NCBI GenBank assembly: GCA_038087875.1
Contig: CM075996.1
Location: 188,001-252,000 of the forward strand
DNA from: Malacoraja senta
Taxonomy: Eukaryota
DNA length: 64,000 bases
Reading direction: 5' to 3'
The translations under genes and the position numbers were made by a program. The notes beneath the pieces were generated by a model that did no database searches, was not told the DNA's origin, and was given only the letters and a program-made list of their open reading frames with translations. The first letter of the stretch is position 1; each line of letters opens with the position of its first letter. Of this stretch, positions 24,658-37,990 are shown one piece after another.

Positions 24658-25412
24658 TAGAATAGAATAGAATAGAATACCATTTATTGTCATACAAACA
24701 GACATGGTTCGTACGAAATTTCGTTTCTGCAGTCATAACATCAAAAGAAACCCCAAGACACACAGTTAACACAATTTACATAGACATCCATCGCAGTGAG
24801 TCTCCAAACACCTCCTCACTGTGATGGAAGGCAAAGTCTTGTCTCTCTAGTCTCTTCCCTGTCCGTTATTCTTCTACTGAGGCGACCAGGGCTCCCGATG
24901 TTAAAGCCCCCGGCGGGCGATGGCAAGTCCCGCGGCCGTTAAGGCTGCGCCGGGCGATGTAAGGCCCCGCTCTGGGTCGTTTTGACCCCGCGATTTGGGC
25001 GGGAGATGTTGCCGTTGCGGGAGCTCCGAAAAGCGGTCTCCCGCTCCCGATGTTACCGTCCACCGGGCCTGTGGCCGGAGCCTCCGAAGCTCTGAAGTCG
25101 GGTTGCAGCCGCCCGCCACCGCAGCTCTCCACGCTCCGAAGTCGGCCAGCTCCGCGATGGTGTGTCCGCAGGCTCCGCGACTGGAGCCCCCAGGTTGATT
25201 CCGGTTGGAGGCCGCCGGCTCCATGATGTTAGGCCCAACGAAAACGGAGACCCGACAGGGAAAAGGTCGGGAAGAGATTAAAACGTTTTAAAAGTTTCTC
25301 CCACCCCACCTCCCACATACACACATCTAAAAAATCAAACCAAAAACATGCAACTAACGGGACAAAAAGAAAGAAAAGACGGACAGACTGCAGTCGAGGC
25401 GCCACCACACCG
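24658..25412 (-). mobile_element. GC-rich non-coding retroposon-like element with AATAAA and an (attct)n tail (duplicated at ~31958-32710)
   Basis: A microsatellite tail and polyA signal lie on the minus strand. The interior is CpG-rich with no recognisable ORF. Confidence 0.5.
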
Positions 25413-27718
25413 ATCTTGTTGAGCACTCTCTGGAGACGTTGTGGGCTTATCAATGAAACGTCAAAGATGGAGGGTGCCCACCTGAAGACCCCGATGACGT
25501 ACCTACCCGACCTTTCACCACTCCAATCCCACTGCCAATATCAAGAGTGCCGGCTTGTCTCAGGGATTGAAACATCAAGTCCTATTAGCTCTAATATTGT
25601 TTCTGTGGATAAGGGCAGCCACTTCATTACAAGCGACTGAAACAAGACCAGAAATCTTCCTGACGATAGACACAAAATGCTGGAGTAACAGGAGGCATCT
25701 CTGAAGAGAAGGAATGGGTGACGTTTCGGGTCGGGTCCCTTCTTCCGAGAGAGTTGGGGAGGGGGGTAGGATAGGCAATCTCGAGATATGGAAGGGTAAG
25801 GTGTGAACACGACAGATGAAAGCAGACGTCAATCAAGGGAATGCAGAGTGGCCATTGTTGGCTGAGGGGAAGATGACAACGAGGCCTACAAACAGTAGAA
25901 TTAATCAAGAGGACAAATGAATCCATGATAGATGGCCCTTCAGACTGAGAGAAGGGTTTCGACCCGAAACGTCACCCATTCCTTCACACCAGAGATGTTT
26001 CCTATCCTGCTGAGTTACTCCAGCATTTTATGTCCATCTTTGGTGTTCACCAGCATCTGCAGTTCCTTCCTACACAAGTCCATTAATGGTCTTCCTGATC
26101 TGTGTCGTTTGATTATTTGGGAGACTGTATCATGGACCTGGTTGGCACGTTGGTGCAGATGGTGGAGTTGCTGCCTCACAGTGACAGAGACCCGGGTTCA
26201 ATTCCTAACCTCGAGTGCTATCCGTACCGAGTTTGCACATTCTCTCTGTGGCTGTGTGGGCTTCCTCCGGGTGCTCCAGTCTCCTCCCACATCCACAAGG
26301 TGTGCGGCCTTGCAGGTTGTGGGAGGAGACTGTTCATTGGCTATATGTAAGAGGGAGTTAGATGTGGCCCTTGTGGCGAAAGGGATCAGGGGGTATGGAG
26401 AGAAGGCAGGTACGGGATACTGAGTTGGATGATCAGCCATGATCATATTGAATGGCGGTGCAGGCTCGAAGGGCCGAATGGCCTACTCCTGCACCTATTT
26501 TCTATGTTTCTATGTTTCTATGTTACACTGTGGTTAAAGTTCCACGTAATGTCTTCCTAAGTTAAAGATGCTTTATAAATATAGGTGGATTGGATCAATT
26601 CAAATAAGTGACCCAGAAAAATCAGCTGACTAGGTCAAAGGTCGAGTGAGTGGAGTTATAGCTGCATACTATGCTAATTATCTTGCAATATGAATAATTC
26701 ATGGTCATTATAGAAGGGACTATTCAATAGAGTATTGTAAAATATGCTAATTAGGCAGTCAATGTACATTTGGCATTAAATTGGGTCCTGTGTTATCACT
26801 GGTGTAACTGAGAGATTAATTCCAATTATTGTCCTGGAAGATTGCCTGAAAAAGGCTCCTTAATAAATATCTGTTTAAGAAAGAATAGTTCTATTGATTT
26901 TGAACTTTTCACATTGAGCCCCCGAATCTGACTCTGTAAAAAACCAACAACAAACATTTCTGATGATATTCCTGAGACCACAAATGCTCACATTGGATTC
27001 TAAAGATTTCAAAAAGGCACACGTTCCATGTGCGGAGAGGTGGTCTCTCTCCTTGTTCATCACAATATCACGAGAGGAATAGATCGGGTAGATACACAGA
27101 GTCTCTTGCCCAGAGTAGGGGAATCGAGGACCAGAGGACATCGGTTCATGGCAAAGGGGAAAAAAGATTTAATTGGAATCTGAGGGGTAACTGTTTCACA
27201 CAAAGGGTGGTGGGTGTATGGAACAAGCTGCCAGATGAGGTAGTTGAGGCTGGGACTATCCCAACGTTTAAGAAACAGGTACATGGATAGCACAGGTTTA
27301 GAGGGATATGGACCAAGCACAGGTAGGTGGGACTAGTGTAGCTGGGACATGTTGGCCGGTATGGGCAAGTTGGGCCGAAGGGCCTGTTTCCACACTGTAT
27401 CACTCTATGACTCTATCAAACCACCGATTTCTCCTGGGTTGCAGCCACAGGAGCGGAGAGAGCAGACAGGGCCAAGGTTATCACAGCTACATGGATCACG
27501 TGGGCAGAGCACCCACCTCACAGCGAGAGCTTTGCATGTTAGACCTGCCACTGACTCTTCCTCCGTCACTGTCAATGCCTGGAGATAGACACAAAGAGCT
27601 GGAGTAACTCAGCGGGTCAGGCACCCTCTCCAGAGGAAAGGAATAGGTGATGTTTTGGGTCGAGACCCTTCTTCAGACCAATGCCGGTCTCTCTAGCCTT
27701 GAGATATTGAGGCAGTTA

Positions 27719-27908
27719 AGGGCCTGTCCCACTTGGGCGTCATTTACGCGACATCATTTACGCGTCACCACGCATGACGCGCGCATGGTGCGTGGTGATG
27801 TAGGCAGTGACGTGCGGTCGGGCGCGGCGCCCCAGGATTTTGGGATGTACAAAATCTTCGCGCGCCATCTGCGTGACGCGCAAAGGACGCCCAAGTGGGA
27901 CAGGCCCT
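27719..27908. mobile_element. PIF/Harbinger-type MITE (type D)
   Basis: TIRs agggcctgtcccacttgggcgtc / gacgcccaagtgggacaggccct. TTA TSD. Confidence 0.9.
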
Positions 27909-28639
27909 TTAGGAACTGGTAGTAGGACTTGGAGATCAGCGAGGCCATGTAACAATGGGGCATTTTCTTCCTCAAAGGCACCAGATGAATTTTCACCTCA
28001 CAATCCAGTAGTTTCATGTTTTCTGCAACAACAACAAGCATTTTTAAAAAAAAATTCAGGTTTACTTGAACTTGAATTTGAACTTGAATTTCCCAGTTGC
28101 CATGGCAGGATATGAGGTCATATCTGGATCGAAGGCTCAGCACTTGGGTTGCTTGTCTTGTGACATCATGTATGTGCTACAGTGATTCCAGCGATGACAC
28201 CTTTTGGATCCATGGCTGCATCTGGAGAACCTTCTGCCATGCGACCCCCAGATGATACAAAGTGGAAGGGATTATTGGATGAAGGTCGTGGTCATAAAGG
28301 ACATGGTCATAAAGTCATAAGGAATAGGAATTGAATTGGGCCATTTGGCCCATCAAGTCTACTCCACCATTCAATCATGGCTGATCTATCTCTCCCTCCG
28401 AATCCCATTCTCCTGCCTTCTCCCCATAACCCCTGACACCCGTACTGATCAAGAATCTATCTGTCTCTGCCTTAAAAATATCCATTGACTTGGCCTCCAC
28501 AGCCTTCCGTGGCAATGAATTCCACACTGCACGTTGGTGACCAGTCTCAATAACTACTGCCTGGTAGTGTTGCATCCATCGCAATAAAGTGCTTCCAGAG
28601 TTTGGTTATGGCATGAATTAACTCCTACCTCATAAACGA

Positions 28640-28800
28640 GTTGAACCTGCTTCAATTTGCATATCACCACTCAAGGTCAACAACAGATGCGATGTCATTG
28701 TCTCTCCACACTGCTCGCGACCATTTGCTTAACAGCAATGCATGCATTAGGCTGCTGTTCATTACCTACATCTCAGCGTTCAACACAATCATCCCCTTCA
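28640..28800 (+). mobile_element. Rex1/Babar-type RT fragment
   Basis: Translates LQFAYHHSRSTTDA....H....HL......RLLF....SAFNTIIP. Confidence 0.75.
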
Positions 28801-30584
28801 TCTTCAGTTTCCTCCCACACTCCAAAGTCGTAGGTTAATCGTCTTGGTAAATATAAAAATTGTCCATAGTGGGCATAGGGTTTTCTCCGGGATCTCCGGT
28901 TTTCCTCCCACACTCCAAAGACGTACAGGTTTGTAGGCTAATTGGCTTTGGTATAATTGTAAATTGCCCCTAGCGTGTGTAGGATAGTGTTAGTGTGCAG
29001 GGATCGCTGGTCGGCGCGGACCCGGTGGGCCGAAAGGGCCTGTTTCCGCGCTGTATCTCTAAACTAAACTAGACGACATGCTTGTGACTGCAAGCAAGCT
29101 TTTCCTAGTACCTGAACCTCCGTTTATTGTCATTATATGACAATAAACTCGACTTGTCGGGAAGGTGGCCAGCATCAAAGTGGTGATCACCCATCTTGGA
29201 CGAGGAATGCCTGTGCATGTTTCATGTGCACCTGTCGAAAGAATAGATGGCACTGCCAACGTGGTCAAGTCAGGGCTCGGATGGGGATTTTGGAAACATG
29301 TTGGGAATAAATATCTAAAACTGACGATATTAACGCTGGGCGATGGAAATGAGAACAAGAGGGCTCACCACATTTAAAAATCAAAAGTTTTGCATCAGAG
29401 GCAGAATAATGATGGAGAAGAAGGGTCTCGACCCATAGATGCTGGCTCACCCGCTGAGTTTCTCCAGCATTTTTGTCTACCTGAGAAGATACTGTAGGTA
29501 GGTGTAGGTGAATGATGGAAACTATTGTAGGAGGGGGGAGTTAATGAGAATGTGGGAAAAAAAATCAAATACGATTAGTGTAAATAAGCTGTAGATGGTC
29601 AGTGCGGACTCTTGTGCAAAGGGGGTGTTTCCATAACGTATCTTACAGCTGCAACTATCCTACACTTCCTTCTGGCATTGTATGTGCTTCAGGTTTCAAT
29701 GGGAATTGTGCCCCAGCCCAAGATGTTACATTAAAATCATTACAGCTCTGAAATATGGAGGAAGGAACTGCAGATGCTGGTTTGAACCCAAGATAGACAC
29801 AAAAAGCTGGAGTAACTCAGCAGGACAGGCAGCATCTCTGGAGAGAAGGGATGAAGAAGGGTCTCGACCCGAACCGTCGCCCATTCCTTCTCTCCAGAGA
29901 TGCTGCCTGTCCCGCTGAGTTACTCTGACATTTTGTGTCTATCTTCAGTGCTGAAATTGGTCTTTCCACCCATGCAGCCTCTGGAGCGAGTTAATTCTTT
30001 CCTCCCATCTTCTTTTCATCTTCCCCTTTCCCACACAGCGACGGTAGATGCTCTGACTGTGCCAGTGAGCCCCTTGTACCAGTCTGGGGAGAGCCAATTC
30101 TTCCGGCCTTAAAATCACTGGGAGCATTAAAACAAGGGAGTATCTGTAAGCACTATAACAATCGCCTCCCTGATGAGCGGCCAAACAAATCAGGGCTCAA
30201 CCATGGAGGGCATGCAGCTGTGTACACCCATAATAAGACCGTGCCTCAGGGTCTCAGCTGTGCTGTCCTGTAGCCTCTCATGAATAAAAGGTCCGCATCT
30301 CCAAGATGTTGTGCCGGGACGCCGAACACTCTTTACAGCACAAGGAGCGTGGTATCATAGTGTCGATCATAGCTCAGGAGGCCATTTGGCCCATTGATAT
30401 CAACCAGACCTTTGGTAAGAAAGCAACCACTTGCTCCTGCTACCAAGGTGCAGGGCATTGGTGAGACCACATCCTTTGAGATACTGTTTGACGTCAAGGT
30501 AGTCGAGGGTTATGGGGGTTAGTGCAAGATTGTGACACCAGAGACAATAGACAATAGACAAGAGGGTGCAGGAGTAGGCCATTC

Positions 30585-33500
30585 GTCTATTGTCTATATT
30601 CCTTTAGCCCTAAGATCTAAATCTAACTCCCTCTTGAAAACATCCAGTGAATTGGCCTCCACTGCCTTCTGTGGCAGAGAATTCCACAGATTCACGACTC
30701 TCTGGGTGAAAAGGTTTTTCCTCATCTCAGTCCTAAATGGGCTACCCCTTATTCTTAAACTGTGTGACCCCTGGTTCTGGACTCCCCCCAACATTGGGGA
30801 ACATTTAAAATGGCCACTGGAGGACTAAGATGCTAATTAAATGATGTGACTATTTCTGTCCAGTTGATAGACCTCCGTTCTCCAGCAATGTCTCCTTCAC
30901 CGATGGGTGTACATTGCACTGGGGTAGCACCCTCAGTTGATCAGGAGTGAAAGGCAAAAGGCAGCCATCAATTCCAATCAGGAAAGGTATGCTATTGTTA
31001 CCTCCTTGTTACCGTCAGGCAGACGATACAGGAGCATGGCTGCACGTACCACCAGACTTAAGAGCAGTTTTTACCATCAGGCCATCAGGCTTCTGAAGTC
31101 ATAAACACATCATATATGTTGATTATTTTATTTTTTATTTATTATTGTCTTTTACCTACCAATGTCACTTTTATCTTATCTTTTTTTAAATCTTATTTTT
31201 AAGTAAGTAAGTTTATTGGCCAAGTATTCACATACAAGGAATTTGCCTTGGTGCTCCGCCCACAAGTAACAACATGACATACAGTGACAGTTACGCATGA
31301 CTCAGAAAACACTAAACATTAATAATAATAAAACATTAATGATAAAACACCATTGATCAAGCATGTGAACCAACAAAATACCAGATCAAAGGGAGGCTAC
31401 AGATTTTTGGCTGTTGAGTAGAGCAACTACTCGTGGATAAAAACTGTTTTTATGTCTGGCTGTGGCAGCTTTGACAGTCCGGAGTCGCCTTCCAGAGGGA
31501 AGTGATTCAAAGAGTTTGTGGCCAGGGTGAGAGGGGTCAGAGATTATCTTGCCCGCTCGCTTCCTGGCCCTTGCATATCATTGCTGAGGTGACCCGTTGT
31601 CTTGTCTAACACATTTCATTGTACCGTTGACCCTGTGTTAACCTACATATGACAAATAAAACTGAGCTGAGCTATTTGACTGGGCACTGGACAGTGAATT
31701 TCAGCTGAATATTTCTTTATTTTCCCTGTAGAAGTGGGATGCAGGGGATTCATTGCTACATCTACGACCAGTCTATGAAAGAAAATGGGGGTGAGGCGTG
31801 GCTCCCTGCAACAAGCAATCAAGTCATTATCGAATCCCGCAGAAAAAACAGCAGCAATTGGCTTTGGATCAAATGGAAAGGCAACAATTGGGCTGCAAGA
31901 TGAAGACAGGAGGGTATGGAATTGAGGGGGGGGGGGGGGTGTACCTGGGACGCCAGCTAGAATAGAATAGAATAGAATACCATTTATTGTCATACAAACA
32001 GACATGGTTCGTACGAAATTTCGTTCTGCAGTCATAACATCAAAAGAAACCCCAAGACACACAGTTAACACAATTTACATAGACATCCATCGCAGTGAGT
32101 CTCCAAACACCTCCTCACTGTGATGGAAGGCAAAGTCTTGTCTCTCTAGTCTCTTCCCTGTCCGTTATTCTTCTACTGAGGCGACCAGGCTCCCGATGTT
32201 AAAGCCCCCGGCGGGCGATGGCAAGTCCCGCGGCCGTTAAGGCTGCGCCGGGCGATGTAAGGCCCCGCTCTGGGTCGTTTTGACCCCGCGATTTGGGCGG
32301 GAGATGTTGCCGTTGCGGGAGCTCCGAAAAGCGGTCTCCCGCTCCCGATGTTACCGTCCACCGGGCCTGTGGCCGGAGCCTCCGAAGCTCTGAAGTCGGG
32401 TTGCAGCCGCCCGCCACCGCAGCTCTCCACGCTCCGAAGTCGGCCAGCTCCGCGATGGTGTGTCCGCAGGCTCCGCGACTGGAGCCCCCAGGTTGATTCC
32501 GGTTGGAGGCCGCCGGCTCCATGATGTTAGGCCCAACGAAAACGGAGACCCGACAGGGAAAAGGTCGGGAAGAGATTAAAACGTTTTAAAAGTTTCTCCC
32601 ACCCCACCTCCCACATACACACATCTAAAAAATCAAACCAAAAACATGCAACTAACGGGACAAAAAGAAAGAAAAGACGGACAGACTGCAGTCGAGGCGC
32701 CACCACACCGATCTTGTTGAGCACTCTCTGGAGACGTTGTGGGCTTATCAATGAAACGTCAAAGATGGAGGGTGCCCACCTGAAGACCCCGATGACGTAC
32801 CTACCCGACCTTTCACCACTCCAATCCCACTGCCAATATCAAGAGTGCCGGCTTGTCCTCAGGGATTGAAACATCAAGTCCTATTAGCTCTAATATTGTT
32901 TCTGTGGATAAGGGCAGCCACTTCATTACAAGCGACTGAAACAAGACCAGAAATCTTCCTGACGATAGACACAAAATGCTGGAGTAACAGGAGGCATCTC
33001 TGAAGAGAAGGAATGGGTGACGTTTCGGGTCGGGTCCCTTCTTCCGAGAGAGTTGGGGAGGGGGGTAGGATAGGCAATCTCGAGATATGGAAGGGTAAGG
33101 TGTGAACACGACAGATGAAAGCAGACGTCAATCAAGGGAATGCAGAGTGGCCATTGTTGGCTGAGGGGAAGGTGACAACGAGGCCTACAAACAGTAGAAT
33201 TAATCAAGAGGACAAATGAATCCATGATAGATGGCCCTTCAGACTGAGAGAAGGGTTTCGACCCGAAACGTCACCCATTCCTTCACACCAGAGATGTTTC
33301 CTATCCTGCTGAGTTACTCCAGCATTTTATGTCCATCTTTGGTGTTCACCAGCATCTGCAGTTCCTTCCTACACAAGTCCATTAATGGTCTTCCTGATCT
33401 GTGTCGTTTGATTATTTGGGAGACTGTATCATGGACCTGGTTGGCACGTTGGTGCAGATGGTGGAGTTGCTGCCTCACAGTGACAGAGACCCGGGTTCAA

Positions 33501-34308
33501 TTCCTAACCTCGAGTGCTATCCGTACCGAGTTTGCACATTCTCTCTGTGGCTGTGTGGGCTTCCTCCGGGTGCTCCAGTCTCCTCCCACATCCACAAGGT
33601 GTGCGGCCTTGCAGGTGTGGGAGGAGACTGTTCATTGGCTATATGTAAGAGGGAGTTAGATGTGGCCCTTGTGGCGAAAGGGATCAGGGGGTATGGAGAG
33701 AAGGCAGGTACGGGATACTGAGTTGGATGATCAGCCATGATCATATTGAATGGCGGTGCAGGCTCGAAGGGCCGAATGGCCTACTCCTGCACCTATTTTC
33801 TATGTTTCTATGTTTCTATGTTACACTGTGGTTAAAGTTCCACGTAATGTCTTCCTAAGTTAAAGATGCTTTATAAATATAGGTGGATTGGATCAATTCA
33901 AATAAGTGACCCAGAAAAATCAGCTGACTAGGTCAAAGGTCGAGTGAGTGGAGTTATAGCTGCATACTATGCTAATTATCTTGCAATATGAATAATTCAT
34001 GGTCATTATAGAAGGGACTATTCAATAGAGTATTGTAAAATATGCTAATTAGGCAGTCAATGTACATTTGGCATTAAATTGGGTCCTGTGTTATCACTGG
34101 TGTAACTGAGAGATTAATTCCAATTATTGTCCTGGAAGATTGCCTGAAAAAGGCTCCTTAATAAATATCTGTTTAAGAAAGAATAGTTCTATTGATTTTG
34201 AACTTTTCACATTGAGCCCCGAATCTGACTCTGTAAAAAACCAACAACAAACATTTCTGATGATATTCCTGAGACCACCAACTGCTCACATTGGATTCTA
34301 AAGATTTC
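30585..34308 (+). repeat. Segmental duplication, copy 2, ending at the assembly gap
   Basis: Differs from copy 1 mainly by single-base indels. Confidence 0.97.
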
Positions 34309-34508
34309 NNNNNNNNNNNNNNNNNNNNNNNNNNNNNNNNNNNNNNNNNNNNNNNNNNNNNNNNNNNNNNNNNNNNNNNNNNNNNNNNNNNNNNNNNNNN
34401 NNNNNNNNNNNNNNNNNNNNNNNNNNNNNNNNNNNNNNNNNNNNNNNNNNNNNNNNNNNNNNNNNNNNNNNNNNNNNNNNNNNNNNNNNNNNNNNNNNNN
34501 NNNNNNNN
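34309..34508. other. Assembly gap (200 N)
   Basis: Run of N. Confidence 1.
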
Positions 34509-34982
34509 TGAGGTAGATGGTAGGTCAGGAGAGCTCTCCAGTTGGTGATAGAATGGCTCAGTTGCCTGATAACAGCTGGGAAGAAGCTGTCCCTGAAGGT
34601 AGACAAAAGTGCTGGAGAAACTCAGCGGGTGCGGCAGCATCTATGGAGCGAAGGAAATAGGCAACGTTTCGGGCCGAAACCCTTCTTCAGTCCTGAATCT
34701 GGAGGTGTGCGATTTTGCACTTCTGTACCTCTTGCCTGATGGGAGAGGGGAGAAGAGGGAGTGGTCAGGGTGAGACTGGTCCTTGATTATGCTGGTGGCC
34801 TTGCCGAGGCAGCGTGAGGTGTAGATGGAGTCGATGGAAGGGAGGTTGGTTTGTGCGACGGTCCGGGCTGCGTCTGCAACTCTCTGCAATTTCTTGCGGT
34901 CTTGGATGGAGCTGTCCCCCAAACCAGACTGTGGTGCATCCCGATAGAATGCTTTCTACGGCGCATCTGTAGAAGTTGGTGA
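34509..34982 (-). mobile_element. Rex1/Babar-type LINE C-terminal fragment, split by a Penelope module
   Basis: Translates TNFYRCAVESILSGCTTVW.G...LQRV...IIKDQSHPDHSLFSPLPSGKRYRS..TSRFRDSFFPAVIRQL. Confidence 0.85.
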
Positions 34983-35237
34983 GAGATGCCGCCTGGCCCG
35001 TTGAGTTGCTCCAGCACATTACATCTTTTTTCTTTGTAAGCTGGTATCTGCGGTTCCTGGCTCCTATGTCTCACACCCAACTTCTCTACCGTGTTCTTGA
35101 GGCAGCACTATGGAGAACCAACAGTAGGTGTCACTGTTGTGCCCAGGAACACACAGCGGCTGCAGGAAGACCAAGGCAGAAAGTGCCTGCCCTCTGCTGC
35201 AGCCTTGGCTCCGTCGGTAACACAGACACAGGAGGGA

Positions 35238-35520
35238 GGCACGGTGGCACAGCGGTAGAGTTGCTGCCTCACAGCGCCAGAGACCCGGGTTCGATCCTGA
35301 CTACGGGTGCTGTCTGTACGGAGTATGTACCTTCTCCCCGTGACCTGCGTGGGTTTTCTCCAGGTGCTCCTGTTTCATCCCACACTCCAGAGACCTACAG
35401 GTTTGTAGGTTAAAATGGCTTGTGTAGGATTAGCATTAGTGTATGGGGAAACGTTGGTCAGCACGGACTCGGTGGGCCGAAGGGCCTGTTTCCGTGCTGT
35501 ATTTCTAAACTAAACTAAAA
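35238..35520 (+). mobile_element. HE1/V-SINE-type tRNA-derived SINE
   Basis: A box tggcacagcgg, B box ggttcgatcc, V-domain-like core, LINE-shared tail gggccgaagggcctgtttcc and (aaact)n. Confidence 0.9.
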
Positions 35521-35797
35521 ATGAGGCCCTTCGGCCCAACCCGTCCATGCCGACCAAGATACCCAATCTAATCTAGTCCCATCTGCCTGCTTGACCATGC
35601 CAAAGGACGGGGATTGGACGTGTGAGGCAGCAGCTCTACCAGCTGTACCACTGTGTCGGCCCATTTGCACATTGCAGAACACAATGATAATGTCATTCCC
35701 TTTAAAGACTCCTTATGAAGAAGACGTAAGGAACTGCAGATGCAGGCACAAAGTGCTGTAGTAACTCAGCCCAGATGCTGCCTGAACCGTTGAGTTA

Positions 35798-35980
35798 AGG
35801 GCCTGTCCCACTTGGACGTTATTTGTGCGTCATTTACGCGACATCATTTACGGGTCACGATACGTGGTGACGTAGGCAGTGACTTGCGGCCGCGCGCGGC
35901 GCCCCAGGATTTTTGGATTCACAAAATCTTCGCACGCCACCTGCGTGAGGCGCAAATGACGCCCAAGTGGGACAGGCCCT
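35798..35980. mobile_element. PIF/Harbinger-type MITE (type D) inserted in a Penelope module
   Basis: The empty site gag-tta-ctccagc, seen in other copies of the host repeat, shows the 3-bp TTA duplication directly. Confidence 0.9.
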
Positions 35981-36883
35981 TTACTCCAGCACTTTGTGCT
36001 TTGCTTAAGAACTCAATTAACCCATTAAAATGGGGAGTATGCCGTCAGATATTGATTCAGACTGATTCCTTGTTGCATTGCTGGGAATCTATGAACTTGT
36101 AGCAATAAAACTCAATGGGCCGTGGAAGCAGAGTCAAACTACCTAGACAAACAAGCAAATAAATGGGCTTGAAGTAACCATTCAGAACTCGAATGACGTG
36201 GATTGCAGGGCAGGAACCATCTTGTGTTTCTGTTACTTGTGTATCTTTCACGTGGTGTGAGGATTGCTGGTTTGGGAGGGGGGGGGGTGAGGGGAGGGGG
36301 GGCGACACGATTATTGCCCATTCCATGGAAGGTTGCTGAGTAAAAGGTGGCACGGTGGAGCAGCGGTAGAGTTGCTGCCTCACGGCACCGGAGACTCGGG
36401 TTCGATCCTGACCTTGGGTGCTGTCTGTACGGAGTTTGTACGTTCTCCCCGTGACCTGCGTGGTTTTTCTCTGAGATCTTCGGTTTCCTCCCACACTCCA
36501 AGTCGACCTGCAGGGAGGGTGGTTAATTGGCTTGGTTATAAATGTAAAAATTGTCCCGAGTGTGTGATAAGGTCATAACGTCATAAATTATAGGAGTAGA
36601 ATTAGGCCATTCGGCCCATCAAGTCTACTCCGCCATTCAATCATGGCTGATTTATTTCTCCCTCCTAACCCCATTCTCCTACCTTCTCCCTGTAGCCTCT
36701 GACACCCGTACTAATCAAAAATCTATCTACATGTATCACTGCCTTAAAAATATCCGCTGACGTGGTCTCTGCAGTCGTCTGTGGCAAAGAATTCCACAGT
36801 TTCACCGCCCTCTGACTTAAGAGATTTCTCCTCATCTCCTTCCTAATAGAACATCCTTTAATTCTGTGTATAGGATGGAGGGA

Positions 36884-37089
36884 AGGGCCTGTCCCACTTA
36901 CGGGACCTTTACAGGCGACTCCCGGCACCCGTGAGAGGTCGTGAGAGGTCTCCGATGGTCGTGAGAGGTCTCCAAAGATTCGTAGCGTCTTTCTGGTCGC
37001 CGCTGAATTTTCAACATGTTGAAAATTTCGGCAACCTATCACGGGTTCCGGCAGTCGCCTGTAAAGGTCACGTAAGTGGGACAGGCTCT
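36884..37089. mobile_element. PIF/Harbinger-type MITE (type E)
   Basis: TIRs agggcctgtcccacttacg / cgtaagtgggacaggctct. The TSD is not preserved. Confidence 0.8.
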
Positions 37090-37445
37090 TCAGTGTGCGG
37101 GGATCGCTGGTCGGCGGGGACTCGGTGGGCCAAAGGGCCTGTTTCCGCGCTGTAAGCCTAAAGCGAACCGGACTAAAAACTCACTGAATATTCATACGAA
37201 TTCTCAGAATGATATGACAAAGGTTTCTTTGGGGACTCACAGTTTGGGAACCTGAAGTCTCAGTAGGTAGGATAGAATTATTTAATCAGAATCTCTCTGT
37301 GTTTGTGACACCCGATAATTTTCCCTTACGATAGTTCTCGTCTTTGCGTACGGGCGCCACTGAAGTCTCAACGGGCCTCCCAATGAAGTTGGCATCCGGA
37401 TGACAAAATCCCCCCCCCCCCCCCCCCCCCCAATCATCATCCTTA

Positions 37446-37801
37446 AGCCCCTGTCCCACTGGACGAGATAATTCAAGCGTTCTCCCGAGTTTTCCCCTGT
37501 TTTGAACTCGGAGAATGTCCGTAGCGGGTCCGTAGGAGTTCGTGGATGTCTCGTAGCAGCTCGTACGAGTAAAAAGTAAAAATAAATTTCATCACGAGTA
37601 TTTTTTTACTCGTGGACATTTTTCACAGCGTTGAAAAAACGTCACGAGTTTACTGGATTTCCCGAGTACCTACCGTTACTCGTACGAGCCGCTACGAGAC
37701 ATCCACGAATTCCTACGGACCCGCTACGGAATTCTCCGAGTTCGAATCAGGGGAAAACTCGGGAGAACTCTTGAATTACCTCGTACAGTGGGACAGGCCC
37801 T
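37446..37801. mobile_element. PIF/Harbinger-type MITE (type A)
   Basis: TIRs present, TTA on both sides, body related to 275-593. Confidence 0.85.
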
Positions 37802-37990
37802 TTACCTTGGAAGCCACAGAGTTAAGTGTTACCCTCATCTTCGGGAGAATTAATCTGCATTGTTTAATTTGGTTTCAGTAGTGGAAGAGACATCTTGTAA
37901 ACCCCAAAGAAAATATAGAACTGTGCATCATAGGAACAGTCCCTTCGGCCCACAATGTCCGTGCCGAACATGATGCCAAGTTCTACTTGG

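Larger units (their letters stand above)
23284..27010 (+). repeat. Segmental duplication, copy 1 (~3.73 kb)
   Basis: Near-identical to 30585-34308. Confidence 0.97.

Noticed and set aside
24860..25270. CpG island suggesting a host promoter
   Set aside because: Lies inside an element with a polyA signal and microsatellite tail, so it is more likely repeat-derived.
28550..28573. miR-200b-like stretch taactactgcctggtagtgttg (also near 62496)
   Set aside because: There is an extra base in the seed region and no complementary 5p arm for a pre-miRNA hairpin.
29122..29148. 12-bp perfect hairpin gtttattgtcat-tat-atgacaataaac
   Set aside because: Matches the common LINE tail motif in both orientations, with no evidence of a separate function.
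34173..34640. ORFs containing X runs
   Set aside because: Artefacts of the N gap.
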